In this document: positions 37,596-51,163 of the stretch, in pieces | Numbering within the stretch: position 1 is the stretch's first letter | How the letters are laid out: each line of letters starts with the position of its first letter | Assembly: GCF_038025025.1 (NCBI RefSeq) | Contig: NW_027117340.1 | Location: 2,046,001 to 2,110,000 of the forward strand | Direction: 5' to 3' | From: Phyllosticta citribraziliensis | Taxonomy: Eukaryota | DNA: 64,000 nt | Program-made: the position numbers and the translations under genes | The notes under the pieces: model-generated | Told to the model about the DNA's origin: nothing | Seen by the model: the letters and a program-made list of their open reading frames with translations, nothing else | The model's database searches: none

Positions 37596-40500
37596 CTACG
37601 CCTTGGCCGGCGCCGCCTCTACCAAGGCCACCTCCTCATTGTCTGGTGTGCCGGCCACTTCTCCGCCAGGCCCATCCTCGTCATCCTTTTCCCCTTTCTC
37701 GAGGGCCGCGCCGTTGCCCGACTTCATAACCTCGTCCACCATAAGCGTCGTAAACTCTTCCAGGTGACCATCTGTCCCCTGCTCCCCGCCCGCCAGCTGC
37801 AGTCCATTGCCTTCCGTCGAGAACCAAAAGTTGTCCAGCGTGTTGGTCGACGTCGGATCCTCGTACAGCGAAAAGTTGAACCCATTGTTCCCGTGCGACG
37901 GCGAGCTTGGCACCGGAAAATCCGAAGTTGGAAAAAGGTCCACGTCGAACTCGCTGAAATCGAAAAGCCGTGCTGTGCCCGGCGAACTCAGCCAGTCGCG
38001 GTTGCGTGATGCTGACCCTGGCGACTTGAATAGGTCCTGCAGCGATGCCGAAAGCGGTGTGCCGTTGGCTTTTGGCGTCTTGATAGTTCTGGATGGCGTG
38101 AGGTTGAGCAAGTCCGCTACCAGCTTTCGCGCCGATCCCTTTGGCGTCAGGGCCACGCGATTTCCTTTTGATCCCGGAGTCTTCAACACGTCTTGGGCGG
38201 AGCGGTTCGCTGGAGTCGCCGACTTCGAAGCGTTGTTACTGCTTTCCTCAAACAAATGTGCGAAGCTGTTATCCTCGTCGCTTGGAGGTGGCATGTTCTC
38301 TTTGTCCTGCGCATTGGGAGCATGCCCAAAACCAAAGGGAGGGGGTTTCTGACCAGCAGTCCGCCAAAACTTGCCCTTTGATCCGTCTGCCAGCGACTTG
38401 AATTGACCGTCCTTGCGAGGGGACGGGAAAAGTAGTCGTCTGGTTGGCCTCTCGGACGGCGAATCTTCCTCAATGTTGATGGGAGACTCTTGAGATCCAA
38501 CAACCCTTGGAGGACTGGAATAGACTTCACGCCCCAAACTTCGTTTTGGCCCAGGAAACTGTGACTCAACCTCGCCGTCCAGAGGCTGCCAGCTGGCTGC
38601 CCTTTGCCTCTTGGCAGGACGCGTCCCTTGGACATTTTCAGCCAGGTCATGCTCTGGTGATGGCTCGGACTTTTCGTTGTGAGCCTTCTGGAACGCCGAG
38701 TCTCCATTCGATGATCCCTCCTGAGGCGTGTCAGCTTGTCCCGACGTGTCTTGCTGTGCCCACTCCATCAGGTCGCTGGGGTACGCAGGATCAGTGCCGA
38801 GACCCGACATGGGCTCTTCCATGGCATCCGAAGTACACGAGTCCTTCTTTAGCGGATTCCGCTTCCTGGGCCTTCCGCGTTTCTTCTCCTTGTTTTTGGG
38901 TTCCCATCTCTCGGGAGGTCGCATTGTGCCGGCTTTTGCAAAATGCAGCCCGCAAGGATTGCAGAGCTGCATAGGCGTGTAATCATTGTTGGCCTTGTCT
39001 TCGTTGTTCAAAGACCTCTTGTACAACTTGTACTTGGGCCCAGCGTTCTCTTCGTCCTGTCTCGGTACTACAACCTCATAGCCAGCAATAGCGCCAGGCT
39101 CTTCAAGCGAGGTCGCAATATTCTCTGGCTTGCCCTCGACAATTTTGTAGAAAGCTTTCCGCCAGGTAGGGGTTTTGATTTCTCCACAAACGGCACAAAA
39201 GTCAGGCATCTTGCCCTCCATGATACAAACCTCGAGTTTGTCCTCGATGGCCTTCTTGCGCTTCGCCCCAGAACCACTCCGACAAATGCCAGCTGCGGGA
39301 GATGCTGACCTAGAGGTGGACCGAGGCATTTGAACAGAGCCAGAAGGCTTGATATCCTGGTTTCCTGTGGAAGCATCGGCTGACCAAGTTTGAGCTCGCG
39401 AAAGAATCTTTGGCTTCGCGACGTTGGTTGACTTTTGAGGAACGCTTGCGGCAGACCCTGGTTCGCGATGCATAGGCAGTGCATTAGTTGAATCAGGTAC
39501 TTGATTTGCGGGAGGGCTTGTATTCGAAACGGGAGAGATTTGATTCGCCGTAGGTTCCGCATGACTTTGCTCGCGAGTGGGATGTACCATCTGGCCCAGC
39601 TCGACGAGTTGCTGAGATTCGGACTGTTGTTCTTGGGCCGGAGGCAGATGCATCGGAGGAGGTCTTGGCGAATCAACTCTGGGTTGCTGCTGCGATGGAG
39701 GTGGGGTTTGCCATGATGCAAGAACAGGAGGGACGCTCATTGGTCTAGGCTGGTGAATTGGACCAAGATGAGGGCTCGAAACGGGACCAGGTTGGTACCG
39801 TTTGAGGGGAGCCGCAGTCATGGGGGCGAGTTTATGTTGCGTAGGGGGCGGAGGGGGTTTTTTCGTGTCGTTGCGCTTCCTGCCTCGTGTTTCGGGCTTT
39901 TTAACCACCACTTCGCCATCCGACATCACGGCACGAACAGCAGCGGCGGCGGCGGCTTCTTCGGCCTTGCGTTGATGTTTGTAGTGCGGTTGAGGACGTC
40001 CAACTCGTGTTGGAAGCATTTCAGGAGGACCGGGAGTCTCCATCTTCCACTGATCCGAAGCAACGACAGTTGGAGCCTCGGACGTTGGATGCTGTGCGCC
40101 AGGGTATCGTGTGTTCTCGGGCGCTACCTCAAGTTCCATGACCGAACCGCTCCCGAATCCAGAATCATCGGTGCAGGTAAAGGTTGGCAACCCTGGACTA
40201 GAGGGTGCAGGGGAATGGTGATTCGGTGGACATATGGGTGGCGACGATGGAAATTCAGCGGGAGAATCTTCTGCATCAGCCATTTGGTCATCCTCGGAAG
40301 CCAAGCCGGATTCCGAATATGGCCCACGTCGTCCGTACTGCGTGTTACCAAGCGACGACTCCCTACGGAGGGAGCTGACATTCATCGATGCTCGGGCCCG
40401 CGCTCCAGGCAACTCGGTCGGCCTAGGAGTTGGGGGGCGTTGTGGCGGTTCCAAGGAGTTGGAGGGCCCTTCGCTGGCCAAGTTGATCGGCGATGGCTTG

Positions 40501-41738
40501 TGAACGCGGACAGAGGCGGCATTGCTGGCAGTGATACGAAGTGTATCTGCTCGTGGCCCAAATTGAGACTTTCCATGCCAGTCTGCCTGCACGACTCGCG
40601 CTCTTTTCCTGGGTGGACATCCCTCGTGTTCCAACTCCTGATTGCGGCTCTGCCCACAGCTGGGATCCGATGCGGGCTGCGTGAATGAGGGTGCTTGGGA
40701 AAATGGACGCTCGCTAGTGTGGGACGCGCTCGAAACTGGTCGCGACTGGTCTCTCTGGTGTTGTTGGAAAGCGACTCCAGACCGGACGCTCCCAGCGGGG
40801 CTGCAAGCTCTGCTGCCTTGGCGGCTGTGACTCAAAGGCTGTGCTGGACATTGCTGACTGCCGCGCCTCTCCTCATGTGGCGACGCGTTTTGAGTCAATA
40901 GCTGGTGCAGTGATTCTACGCCGCCGGGGTTGACACGCTGAAGCGCTGTAGATTGCGGGAACGGTGTGCCTTGGAGGTGTGCGGTGATGGTGTTGATATC
41001 CGGGTTGGTTTTGAGGAAATTCATCCACGCGCTATGATCGAAACCCTCGGGAATAAATTGGCCAAGGCTTCGGTACTTTTCCATGGTCTCGAGGTAATCG
41101 CTCTGGAGAATCGTGGGAACAGGCACTAGTTTCAACTTGACCTCCAGCGTCTCCTTGACCCCTCCGCTAAAGAGGCCCAAAATGTTTTCGCGTACTTTTC
41201 CCGTTATCATGGTCTTTTGCGCGTTTGTGGGCGCGTCCAAGGTTGAAGAGGCAGATGCCAGAATCCACGAAAGCATGCCTTGGCCGACCAGTGGCGTCTC
41301 GAATTCGGAGTAGTCGTACGCGTAGACTGTGTAATCGTGACCGAGTTTGGCAACGAGCTCTGGGCTGAAGAAAATCACGCGTCAGCCAGGGGCACAAGCG
41401 ACCGCAAGATTTGACACGTACCTAGCGTTCACAAGAGACTCGACACAAGTCCGAAGTTCAATTACGCCAACCTGGGTTTCGTCGTCGACCATGACGGTGG
41501 GAATGTTCAACGCGTTGGGAAGGCGGGCGAGGCAATACGTCTTGTGCGAGTCGTCGAATGTGTAGAGTACCTTGACTGTTGAATTGTTAGACAAGGCTCA
41601 AGGAAGTCTCGGGAGGAGTGGCAGCTCACCACGCATGACGCGCCTCTGTATGCCAGCGGCCGGGTCATCCTCTTCTTCGCCTACCGCAGCCGGCACGTAA
41701 TGAGGCGACGACTCCCCGTAGGTGAAGGGGGAGGACAT
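37596..41738 (-). CDS. ams2: Ams2/SPT21 family GATA-type transcription factor (histone gene regulator)
   Basis: N-terminal KVLYTFD...CLAR...SPELV..LG.DYTVYAYDYSE..TPLVGQGMLSW (SPT21/Ams2 domain). Split GATA finger CAVCGEIKTPTWRK...LCNPCG and an AT-hook-like KKRGRPRK. Two 5' introns. Confidence 0.9.
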
Positions 41739-41890
41739 GTTGAACCAAGGCGGGATGCATCCACGTTGGGAAGTGGAGGATGGTGTGTGGAGAAGGAGAG
41801 ATGGGCCGGGGAGATCGACGATTTTAAGGCAGGGTGGATGAGGTGGAGGGTTAGCCGTGTCGCGCCTCGAGGCGATGTTTAAGAGGCTGG

Positions 41891-42171
41891 CGCGTGTCTG
41901 ATAGGGTCCCAGCTCAACCGAAGCTTTGCAGGACGCGAAGCGCTGCAGCCAGGACGCGTTCCCCAACTTGTGAAAATGAAAAGCGAGAGGCCACCCAAAC
42001 ACGGATTCTGCAATGGGAGCTGCACAGCTGAGCGCCGAGGAGTCGCGTCTGGAGATGAGCGTCAATGAAGGGTAGAAATACAAGGGCGGCGTGAATGGTG
42101 CTGAGAGCCATGACGATGGATGTGGTCGACGGGAATGCACGGACATTGATTGGACAAAACACGGGACGCGT
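41891..42171. promoter_or_regulatory. Cluster of MCB (ACGCGT/ACGCG) elements in the ams2-SmD2 divergent promoter
   Basis: ACGCGT at 41954 and 42166; ACGCG/CGCGT cores at 41891, 41933 and 42044. ams2 and SPT21 are known G1/S MBF targets in yeasts. Confidence 0.5.
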
Positions 42172-42422
42172 CTGGTCTGGCGCCACAACGGAACCGAAGA
42201 AAGGAATCCTTGCCTGGTGATGAGGCGCATGCCCTGCCCGGCTGTGGCGTTGCGGAAGAATACACCACCGATCGCCCGACCGGCCCAGCGCGTCGGCTTC
42301 CAGTTCCTACCTATCGTTACTGCAGCTTCCATTCGCATCCCCAGTCCTCCGCTCGTCGTCCGCCAGCCCATCTATCGCCAATCCGTCCAGCCCCGAGACT
42401 AACCGCACGACATCCCTTCACC

Positions 42423-42932
42423 ATGGCCGACGCAAAGATCCAGTGAGCTTTTCTCAAGCGTTCCACCCAACTTCAAACCTAACATCATCACAGGGAACTC
42501 ATGACCAAGTCGCGCGACCAACTCACGTACGCCATGCTCCAACCCCACACTATTGCTCGACTAACGCCATCTCAGCGAGTATGAGATCGCCCAAGTCGAA
42601 GAGTACGAGTTTCAACAAGGCCCGCTCTCCATCCTCCAAACCGCCGTGCGCCAGCACAACCAAGTCCTCATTTCGCTCCGCAACAACCGCAAGCTGCTCG
42701 CGCGCGTCAAGGCCTTCGACCGTCACTGCAACATGCTCCTCGAGAATGTCAAGGAGATGTGGGCCGAGAACCCCAAGACTGGAACCGGAAAGCCAGGCGT
42801 GCGCATGGTGAACAAGGACAGGTTTGTTAGCAAAATGCAAGTTCGCCATCTCAACCCTAGTGGGCAGCCCTCTGACCGCCTTCAAACAGGTTCCTGCGCG
42901 GCGACAATGTCATTCTCGTTCTTCTCAGCTAA
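42423..42932 (+). CDS. smd2: Small nuclear ribonucleoprotein Sm D2
   Basis: [41 protein letters not shown] and [18 protein letters not shown]. Introns at 42443-42493, 42527-42575 and 42837-42889 (the last is GC-AG). Confidence 0.96.
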
Positions 42933-43128
42933 ACAGTTCCCCGGGAATCTCCTTGGGTCTGTTCAAATGGATTGGGTGTGGGCACAACTTCTGGCACGGC
43001 GTTGATATACCAAAATCACGATTTGACCTACGATCCGGGCAATCCCCATCTACTACTGGCTTCCAATTGACCAATTGTCAATGTACGTTGATTCGACGGC
43101 TACTCGGTCATCGACCAGATGGTGGATT

Positions 43129-45104
43129 CTAAATATGTGGCAGTTCGCCCCTTGAGCCTCCAAACACACTCGCCAGACCACTCAAGAACTGGCTCAATCC
43201 GTGCGCACCAGGATCTGGGACCTCTTGCCATCCTTCGGTCCCAACGTAGACCGTCCGCCCCAAACTTGCCTTCATTCCCTTTGTACCTTTGGCTCCGACC
43301 TCCGCCGCCTGCGCCGCTGACTTGACGTCCCCAGTCTTGGCCATTGTCTCGACAAAAGGATAGAGTGCATCCACCAAAGTGCGGTCTCCCGGTCTAGCAG
43401 GCGTGTACTTGGATAGAGCTTCGACGGACGTCTCAAGTGCCTTGGCCCAGTTTTGCGCTGTGGCCGCCGTCGGTGACTTGGCAGACTGTATCCGAAGACC
43501 GTGCGAAAGCGCATTGAGGAAGATAGCGTAAATTGCACCAGAAGTTCCATCCATCTCCTTTTCGACCACTTGGGTGATGTTGTTGACCAGGACTGCCGCG
43601 TCTTTCGGCGTCTCTATTTCCTTGAGCATTGTCAAGAGAGCTGACGAGAATTAGCAGATGTTGTGTCCGGGGCGAGACGGGATCTGACCTTCAGCACCTC
43701 TTCGCAACCCAATGCCACAATCGCCATCCCCAACGATTGTGTCGTATTTTGTGACCTCGGGCTCCGCAGCAATGACTTGCTTGAGACCTGCTTCGAGCGC
43801 CTTTTGTGCCAGCGCCGGGTCGACTAGAGTTTCCGTTAGATTTTGAGACCCAAAGTCTATGCTGAAATACTCACGCTCCAGATTGCTTGATTGCACCGCG
43901 TCATCTCCAGTTACGTCCAGATCAAGAGTTCGATCAGGGCGCTCCTGCCACGTCTTGGTTCGAACGGCATTGGCCCAGCCCACTGCCTCTGCCGGTGCAT
44001 CCAACAGCTCAAGCAAGCTTTTCCCTGCACCCAGACCGGTGTCTGCAACCTTGAGCAGCGACACGGAGAAGCCGAGGCCGTTCAAACTGGTCATGAAGGT
44101 TCCCGAAAGCACTCTTTCGGGCTTGATCTTCCAGTCCTTGTCCAACTGTTCAACGACTTCCGCAACAACGCCTCCCAGTTCAAGCGGGCTCACGCCGCCC
44201 AGGTTATTCACCAGCAGCACAGTCTTGTCCTGTTGGCCATTGATGTTGATAAAGCTGCGATCCTTGTCCGAGGGATCAAGTAACTTGGTCAGCATATTTT
44301 TGACAAGCGCCGGCAGATCAACCTCGCGACGCTCCGACCCAGCCTCATTGTGGATGCCCATGCCAATCTCGACCTCGGAATCCTTCAGATCTTCATCGGT
44401 TGGTCCAGTAAGAGCGCGACCAGGGACGTGGACGTGAGCCAAGGATGCACCGATGGATGCCAAATTTGCACACACGAGCCGGGCAACGTCTGCTACTTGT
44501 TGTAGGGACGCTCCTTGTGCTGCCAGCGCGCCCGCAATCTTCTGGACCAAGACCGTTCCAGCGATGCCTCGACGTCCGACCTTGCCGCCCTGTTGGCGAC
44601 CCACGCCCACGTCGTCAGCGACTACGACCATCTCGGCATCGATACCGCTTGCGCGCGCCTTCTCGACAGCCATGCCGAAGTTCAGAACGTCGCCCTGCGC
44701 AAAATACCGTTAGGTTCCTTGTACGCGCAACAATTCGTCCCGGGCGCACTCACGGTGTAATTCATCACGACCACCAAGACGCCCTTGCCCCGAGGGACGC
44801 GCCTCAGGATACATCGTCGAATCTGCTCTGCATTCGGGCTCGCAAAGATGGTCCCGGAGACCGCGGCTGCCAAAAAGCCATCGCCGACAAAACCCGCAAA
44901 CGAAGGCTCGTGGCCGGCGCCTCCGCCAGAGACGATTGAGACACGAGGGGCGGCCTGGGAGTTGGCCGATGGCCGCAGGTACACGATTTTGTTCTCGGCG
45001 TCGAGCGCAACGGAGGGATTCGTGTGCGTCGCCGCCTCCAAGGCGCGGTTGACAAGGTGCGTCGGATCGTGGACAAAGTGCTTTGCTGGCGCAGCGTTAG
45101 CCAT
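43129..45104 (-). CDS. dak1: Dihydroxyacetone kinase (Dak1 + Dak2 domains)
   Basis: SGGGAGHEP, NYT|GD, GRRGIAG, GMGIHNE, GDGDCG, GDRTLVDAL and PDPGA motifs; three introns. Confidence 0.95.
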
Positions 45105-46980
45105 TGCAAAGAAGAAAGTGTCTTCCTGATCGATTGGAGCTCGTAGTGGCAGATTGGGTCGAATGTGCACCAGTCAAGAGGCGGAATGCAAAGGGTAATG
45201 TACGCGCAGGTGGGGCGCGCGGAGAGAGGGGAGCGGGGTAGGTTAGGTGAAGTGGTGGGTTGGAAGCTACAAGCTGTTTACCCGCCCGCTGCCAAACATA
45301 CCTGACATGCTCGCAGTTGGCGATTGACTGGAGGAAAAGCTACACGGAGAGAAGAGTAGGGCGCGACCATCAGCGACTACACGACGGAAATTTAAGCAGA
45401 GCGAGCACGACACTTGGAGATCAGCAAAGCAGGCAGAATTGTTGAGCCCGCCAGACCTTCCTCGCGCGCAACCTACCAGCCAGCACAGCCAGGCTGGAAT
45501 CAGCTCACGCGCGCGCCCTCCAAAATTACACACCACCGAAGCGGCACCCTGGATGCGCGTCGTGGTACTCACGAGACTGGGACGGGCGTGCTGGCTGGCT
45601 GGCTGGCTGTGCTGGACTGGACTGTGCTGCGCCGCATGCACAGAAGGTGGGAGCGACGAGAAGCGAAGCGGAGGAAGCTCCCCCAGCTCCCCTCTTCTCC
45701 ACACGCCTCCATGTCAGCAGCCCCGCGGCACCGCAAGACCGTGGAAAAACAACAGGTGATGCGAAGCTCATCATCCTATGTCTGCCGCTTTTCCGGATTT
45801 CCAGAAGGCCGGCCGTAGCATGTCCAACGGCATCGCCACAACTGCTGCAGTGACGATGCGGCAAACTGGCATCCCGGCATTAATTTCGAGCTGCCCCTCC
45901 CTCTCCTTCTTTCATGCATCCCGCCGCCCAGCCCATCCAAGCACCTGGAACCAAGCGGCAAGGTGATCCCCGTCCGTCTTGGCGGCCAGCGAGCGAGCTT
46001 CGAGACTGTGCCTACGCGAAGGTCCTGACCTGACCAAGACCCGACCCCACGGCTGCCCAACCGTAGTCACCATGCCTTGGCCATTTTTGGGCGCAAGACG
46101 CGCAAATAATTCCCCGCGCTTGTGCTTGGTGCATTGGATAGAGTTGGTTGGGTCGTGAAGCGGTCGGTGACCGATGCTCGGTCAGGAGGCAGACGGCTAC
46201 GCGCTGGGCGGACGACTGCTGCTGTGCGCTTCTCGCTGCAAAGAATATTTTTTTCCTCCTTCGCCGTTGGAGGTCAACGTATGCGGTAAAACGACGCGCC
46301 CCGCCCCGCTGCAGCAGGGAGTGGGGACGCGCGATCTCTGGAGGCGGGGAGACGGGGAAAAAGAGGCGAGCTGTCTTGCGACTGGCCAGGGTGCGGGCCT
46401 GAGCCGTGGCAATGGTCGACGTCGCGCAACGACGCGCCCTCGTATGTCCCGCTCGGCGGCGCGCTTCCTTTGGAGCCGCGCTCGTCTTTTCTGCTTCCGC
46501 CCGGGCGGCATAATTTTCTGTCAGTCTGCTGACGGGGTAAGTGAGGCGACGCACGCGGTCTAGACACGCTGAGCAAGAGCTTGGAAGCCCGGTTTGTCAA
46601 AATTTGTCCATTGTTTCGATCTGGATCAGCAGATGGTCGGGTATAGTGTACACGAATTGTGGTGGCTCCTCTCACATCGCCATCATTTGACTTTCATAAC
46701 TTCATCCGCATGTGAGTGTCCTGCTCATTTCAAGTCGTAATCTGGGTATACAATGGGCCGTCGCTGGGACGGGCTTTGGGCATCTGCTCGTTGTTAGCCC
46801 CAGGGCAGCGCAAAAAGCTGAATTGGTGTGACGGACCTAACACTTTCTTTCCGTCATTATCCAAGTTGGCCTAGGTCGAGATTCTAGTCGTCGCCTCACT
46901 TGCGCTTGTCGGCACTGGAAGCGCGTCAGCATCAGCGAGCGGGTAGAGACAGGCGGTGTGGGTGCGTGGGCGGGTGTCGT

Positions 46981-47799
46981 TTACTCTGCAATCTCGCCCT
47001 CGCACGCCGAGCGAAACTCCTCAATCAGCAGCTGCAAGAGAGCCGTGCCAGTCTTGTAAGCACCAATCCTCGAAAGCTCGTCGATCGCATTTCGCATTCG
47101 ACTCTCGTCATGCGTCGAGGCGAGGCTGTACAGGCGGCGCGCAAGCTCCTGCTCCGTTGGAACGTCCATGTTTTCAAACTTGTCCAGGGCGTCAATCATC
47201 ATGACGTGAAAGTCTCCCAAGTTGCTCGATCTGCGTTTGTCGCCTTTGCTCTCGGCGCTCCTGCTCCGTTCCGAATTCTCCTTTTTGCGGGCCTCGACGC
47301 TCTCCGCAAAATGCACGCGCTTGGTGCTGGGAGGTGACGTCTTCAGAATGGATTGTGGAAAGGCGTGGTGCGGAGGGACCGTGGTTGTGGGCGGCGGGCC
47401 ACTCTGAACGCTCTGGCGTCGAGGCCGCATTCCGTGTTGCTGAGTCGACGGAGGCGGACCAGGTGGCATGCTAGGGACGCTATAGCCGCGGCTATGGTGA
47501 TGGGCAGAGTGTGAGTGGCTGTGATGGTGTCCTGGGTGATGTTGAGGCGGAGGGCCAGGCGGAGGGCCAGGTAGAGGAGCGTGAGTCTGCGGATGATGGT
47601 ATCCTGGGTACTGGGCATGCGCAGGGGCAGGATGGCCACTCCAAGGCGGTGGATAGATTGTCTGGTTGCTGCTGCGGCGGCGACTGGGTGGAGGTCCAGG
47701 TGGTGGTGGAGGAAGATTGGCAGCGTGCGGACCCGTTGTTGGGACAGACATGCCGCGAGGACGTTGGTAGTGGGGAGGCGGGTGTTGAGGATAAGACAT
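46981..47799 (-). CDS. Pro/His-rich hypothetical protein; the 3' end probably continues through small exons below 46981
   Basis: 272-aa ORF with a low-complexity N-terminus and helical C-terminus. A GTAAAC donor just before the in-frame stop and a downstream CTGAC...CAG acceptor suggest further exons. Confidence 0.6.
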   Translation of the reverse strand: MSYPQHPPPHYQRPRGMSVPTTGPHAANLPPPPPGPPPSRRRSSNQTIYPPPWSGHPAPAHAQYPGYHHPQTHAPLPGPPPGPPPQHHPGHHHSHSHSAHHHSRGYSVPSMPPGPPPSTQQHGMRPRRQSVQSGPPPTTTVPPHHAFPQSILKTSPPSTKRVHFAESVEARKKENSERSRSAESKGDKRRSSNLGDFHVMMIDALDKFENMDVPTEQELARRLYSLASTHDESRMRNAIDELSRIGAYKTGTALLQLLIEEFRSACEGEIAE

Positions 47800-48402
47800 T
47801 TTCGTCGTATCGGTAAGTTTAATCCTGTTTACGCGTCATTGAAGAGAGAGTTCCAAGAGGAGTGAGCAGCGGCCATCTGGGAGGAATTGTGAAGAGGGTG
47901 AGTACAATGGCTTTACCTGTTGACAAACCTTGGACAGTGGTGAGCACCAACAAGGATGGCTGGCTAAGGTACCGAGTGCAGTAGGCAGAGGGTGGCGGAT
48001 GATGTCCACGTTGTGTGTGTTGTCTCGGGCACGAAGCGGGCGCCGCGGAAACAAAAACGTCGAGTGGTCTGTTTCAAGAACCTCTGACGTCACGGGATGC
48101 GGACCGCGACTGCCGCCTGGCGTTTGAGATGGTCAAGTGTCAGGTGTGGTCCTCTCTACCTGCCTGTCTGGGTATGTGATGGAGGCGAGGTGAGCTGTCG
48201 GGTGCCCGTGCTCCTCTTGCGGGACGGCACCTCAGCTTGGCTCACCACCACGCCCGTCTGTACAACTCCCCTTCACAGACGCCCACTGGCATTGCACCCT
48301 CCAATCCAGCTTCTCAGATTGCTCAGGAGACTGCTATCAAAGTGTCCAGTCTGTCTTGAAACCACCCAAGATCCACCATGTCAGACGGCTGTGCAGAGAC
48401 TA

Positions 48403-48721
48403 ATGCATTCGCTGCCCAAGGCTACCCTGCATCGTGGCCAGCATGCGAAAGTTGCCAAAGTACGCCAAATCGGTCATGACGGCCGGGGAAAGGCATGTCA
48501 GGCTTGCGAGATTGCACACTCACTGTCGATCAAGCACTGACTAGAAGCATTCCTAGGTCCAGAGCATGATCCACAGGCTCATGAGCGAGCGGAATGAGAC
48601 CAAGCAAGCCAACACCCTCCTATGCCTGGAAAACGAGCAGCTACGAGCCAAGCTAGCCGACGCCGAAGAGAAGATCCTTGAGCTACAGCTTGAGCTTGAG
48701 CTTGAGCCCCAGCTTCCTTGA
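48403..48721 (+). CDS. Orphan array copy E (short/remnant coiled-coil paralogue)
   Basis: CTGAC...TAG acceptor at 48556, then VQSMIHRLMSERNETKQANTLLCLENEQLRAKL. This resembles the post-intron helix of copies A and C. The putative donor is GC (48493). Confidence 0.3.
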
Positions 48722-49815
48722 CCACGAACAACGCAGACATTGGCTCCACCCGGACCTACCTTTATCAGCACTGGAATTCGTCACGACAAAAGCTTATTTG
48801 ATGAAGCATCTTCAATCGGCACGAATATCAGCAGGAGAGCCCGCAGTCCCCTGTCTGACACCACCGTCAGCTTGTGCACGGTAAGACGAGGGTCGCCGCC
48901 GCTTTGGAATCACTTGGAATACCTACAGCGCTTCCGCACCTGTGGCGGAACCTTCAATGGTCGGACAAATCTTATTTTGCGACCGCGACTAAGCATAAAT
49001 GCTCTGCTCCGAAAGCTTGCAGAGTCTGTCCCGACAGACACCCGAGCGGACTGCTCCCGCAAATCCATCAGATAGCTCTGGTCCATTTCCAGCTCCCCGT
49101 TCTTGTGAGCAGCGATATCGTTACTCTTCTCGCGGGGTTGACTAGTCGCCATCTTGCGGCACAGTATGATGGTCAAAACAACGCAATTCGACCAGTGGGT
49201 GTTTTGGGAGGCTCCCAAGTTGATTCTGCAGTTTCGCGCGACTGTGACTTGGCACAGACTGCTTCCGTGGTGTTAAGCTTCGTCCTGGCCAGATATTGAG
49301 TCATAATCGAGCCAAGCTTTCACCAAACGCACACCACCTTCCAAACCTGACCATTAAAGCGACCCTTTGATACTGACAAATCAAGTGCATAGCTCATTTA
49401 TTGGCCTTGAGCTTGCGCATTACAATAAACCCCAACTATTACTGTTGTTATCACATGTCTCGAAAAGAACCCCTCATCAAGCAAATGGTACAGTCGATTC
49501 AGATTCGGAACACGGCGAACCCTTTGAGATATCATTGGACGACTGACCAGACTCGTTGTTATCTTAGTTCATGAACGTGTCCAGCCCGCTTCTGAAACAA
49601 CAGAAGCAAAGTCAGTAGCCGGTTCAGACTTCCACGATGGCTGAGTTGGTATCCAATCGGGGACACTGGCATCTTGCGGGGCCAATTCGAGACTGGTCCA
49701 GAAACCAAGTCTCGATTATTCCGCCTAGGGTATAAACTCTCAATACCTACAACTGAATTTCTGTTTCTCAGCTCTCGACACTTTACCAAAGAGACCACAC
49801 AGTTCGTCACTCAAG

Positions 49816-51163
49816 ATGGAACCTACACTTGGAACCTCGCCTGTACCACATGGCCAGGAAGACATCCCTCCGGCGGTATGGGCACTTTTCACAGGGCCAA
49901 TACCCAAACGCGGATCCACAAAAAAGTTCACTGATTCGGATTGGCCAAGGTACCGAGTTTTGAGCGAAGATGATGCTCGATCCGTTTTGCAGAAATACAA
50001 CAGAGGCAGAGCAGGGCCCGGACAACTAAAAGAAGAATTCATACAGTTCTACGTCCGAAATTTCGATTCCAGAGGCTATCTCGTTGATAGTAGCCTGACA
50101 GCCTCGCGTGGACGGCACGAACTGCCGCTGGCCGCCGAAGTTGCCCAAAGACTGATGGAGGAAAAGAATGCAAAGGATTCGGACAAGTCATCGGGCAATA
50201 AAGGCCAAAGCGCTGTCGTGATGGGCATCCCGGACACAGCTACGAACACCAATTTGAATACCAATTCCAATGGGTCCACCTGCACACTTTTGGAAACAAC
50301 AACGACGTACCACAAGGAGACAAATACAGAGACCGTAAAGATCGCGAATTTTTCAACCGCCGGGAAAGGCCATCGACTGGACGGAGGAAGCTTGCCGAAA
50401 ACCCCAACCAAGAACAAGGTTGGGCAATCTTTGCTGTCTTTCCCAGAAAGGTGACTAAGGATGACAGGAACCGACATCCGTTCTGAAAAGGCTGGCGGAG
50501 TCGCCGGAGCTCCGAGAGACGAACAAAAGGCTCAAGAGAGAGAATGACAAACGAGCGACCGAGTTACAACTTTCAAAATCAAAGCTCCATAGAGTTGAGG
50601 CTGAACTATCCATTCAGCGATTGCAAGTCGCGGGCCTTAACGATTCGATCCGCTCGCTTGAGACCCAAAATCAGCAGCTCGAAGGCGAAAGATCCAACCT
50701 GGACTCTGAGTTGAAGGAGACTTCCGGAAAAGCCAAGGCTCTCATCAGGGCTTTGGACATGTCTAAGGAAGACAAAAACAAGACAACAAGCCAATTGAAC
50801 GAGAGAAGCGCAAAGTGCAATGAATTGGAGAATGTCGTTCAAGGAAAGACCGATCAATGCAATCAGCTCCAAGCTGAGATAGCGGCAGCGAAAAAGGAGA
50901 AGGACACTGCTCAAGGTGAACTGCAAGAGAAGGATGAGGAGTGCGAAAAGCTCAGGAGACAGGTAGAGCACGAAGGCCTCTACGCGAACGTAACAAGGAG
51001 TGTGGCAGCAAGGCTGCTATTCGCTGTCGACCAGATGTACGACCAAATCGACTCTACGGAGCAGGATGACTTTCTGGAAGGTATCAAGTCGGAACTTGGA
51101 GATGGACGGTACAACTCTATGCTGGAGTGGGGGAAAAGGATGACACAGCAGGAGTACTCCTAG
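49816..51163 (+). CDS. Orphan array copy A: about 430-aa coiled-coil protein with an unrecognised C-terminal domain
   Basis: Exon 49816-50418, a phase-0 intron at 50419-50467, and an open exon 50468-51163 (EPTSVLKRLAESPELRETNKRLKREND...heptads...LLFAVDQMYDQ). Confidence 0.7.

Noticed and set aside
46539..46901. 13-bp perfect inverted repeat (AAGTGAGGCGACG / CGTCGCCTCACTT) as possible MITE ends
   Set aside because: No target-site duplication or second copy is seen, and one such match is about what chance predicts in 64 kb.
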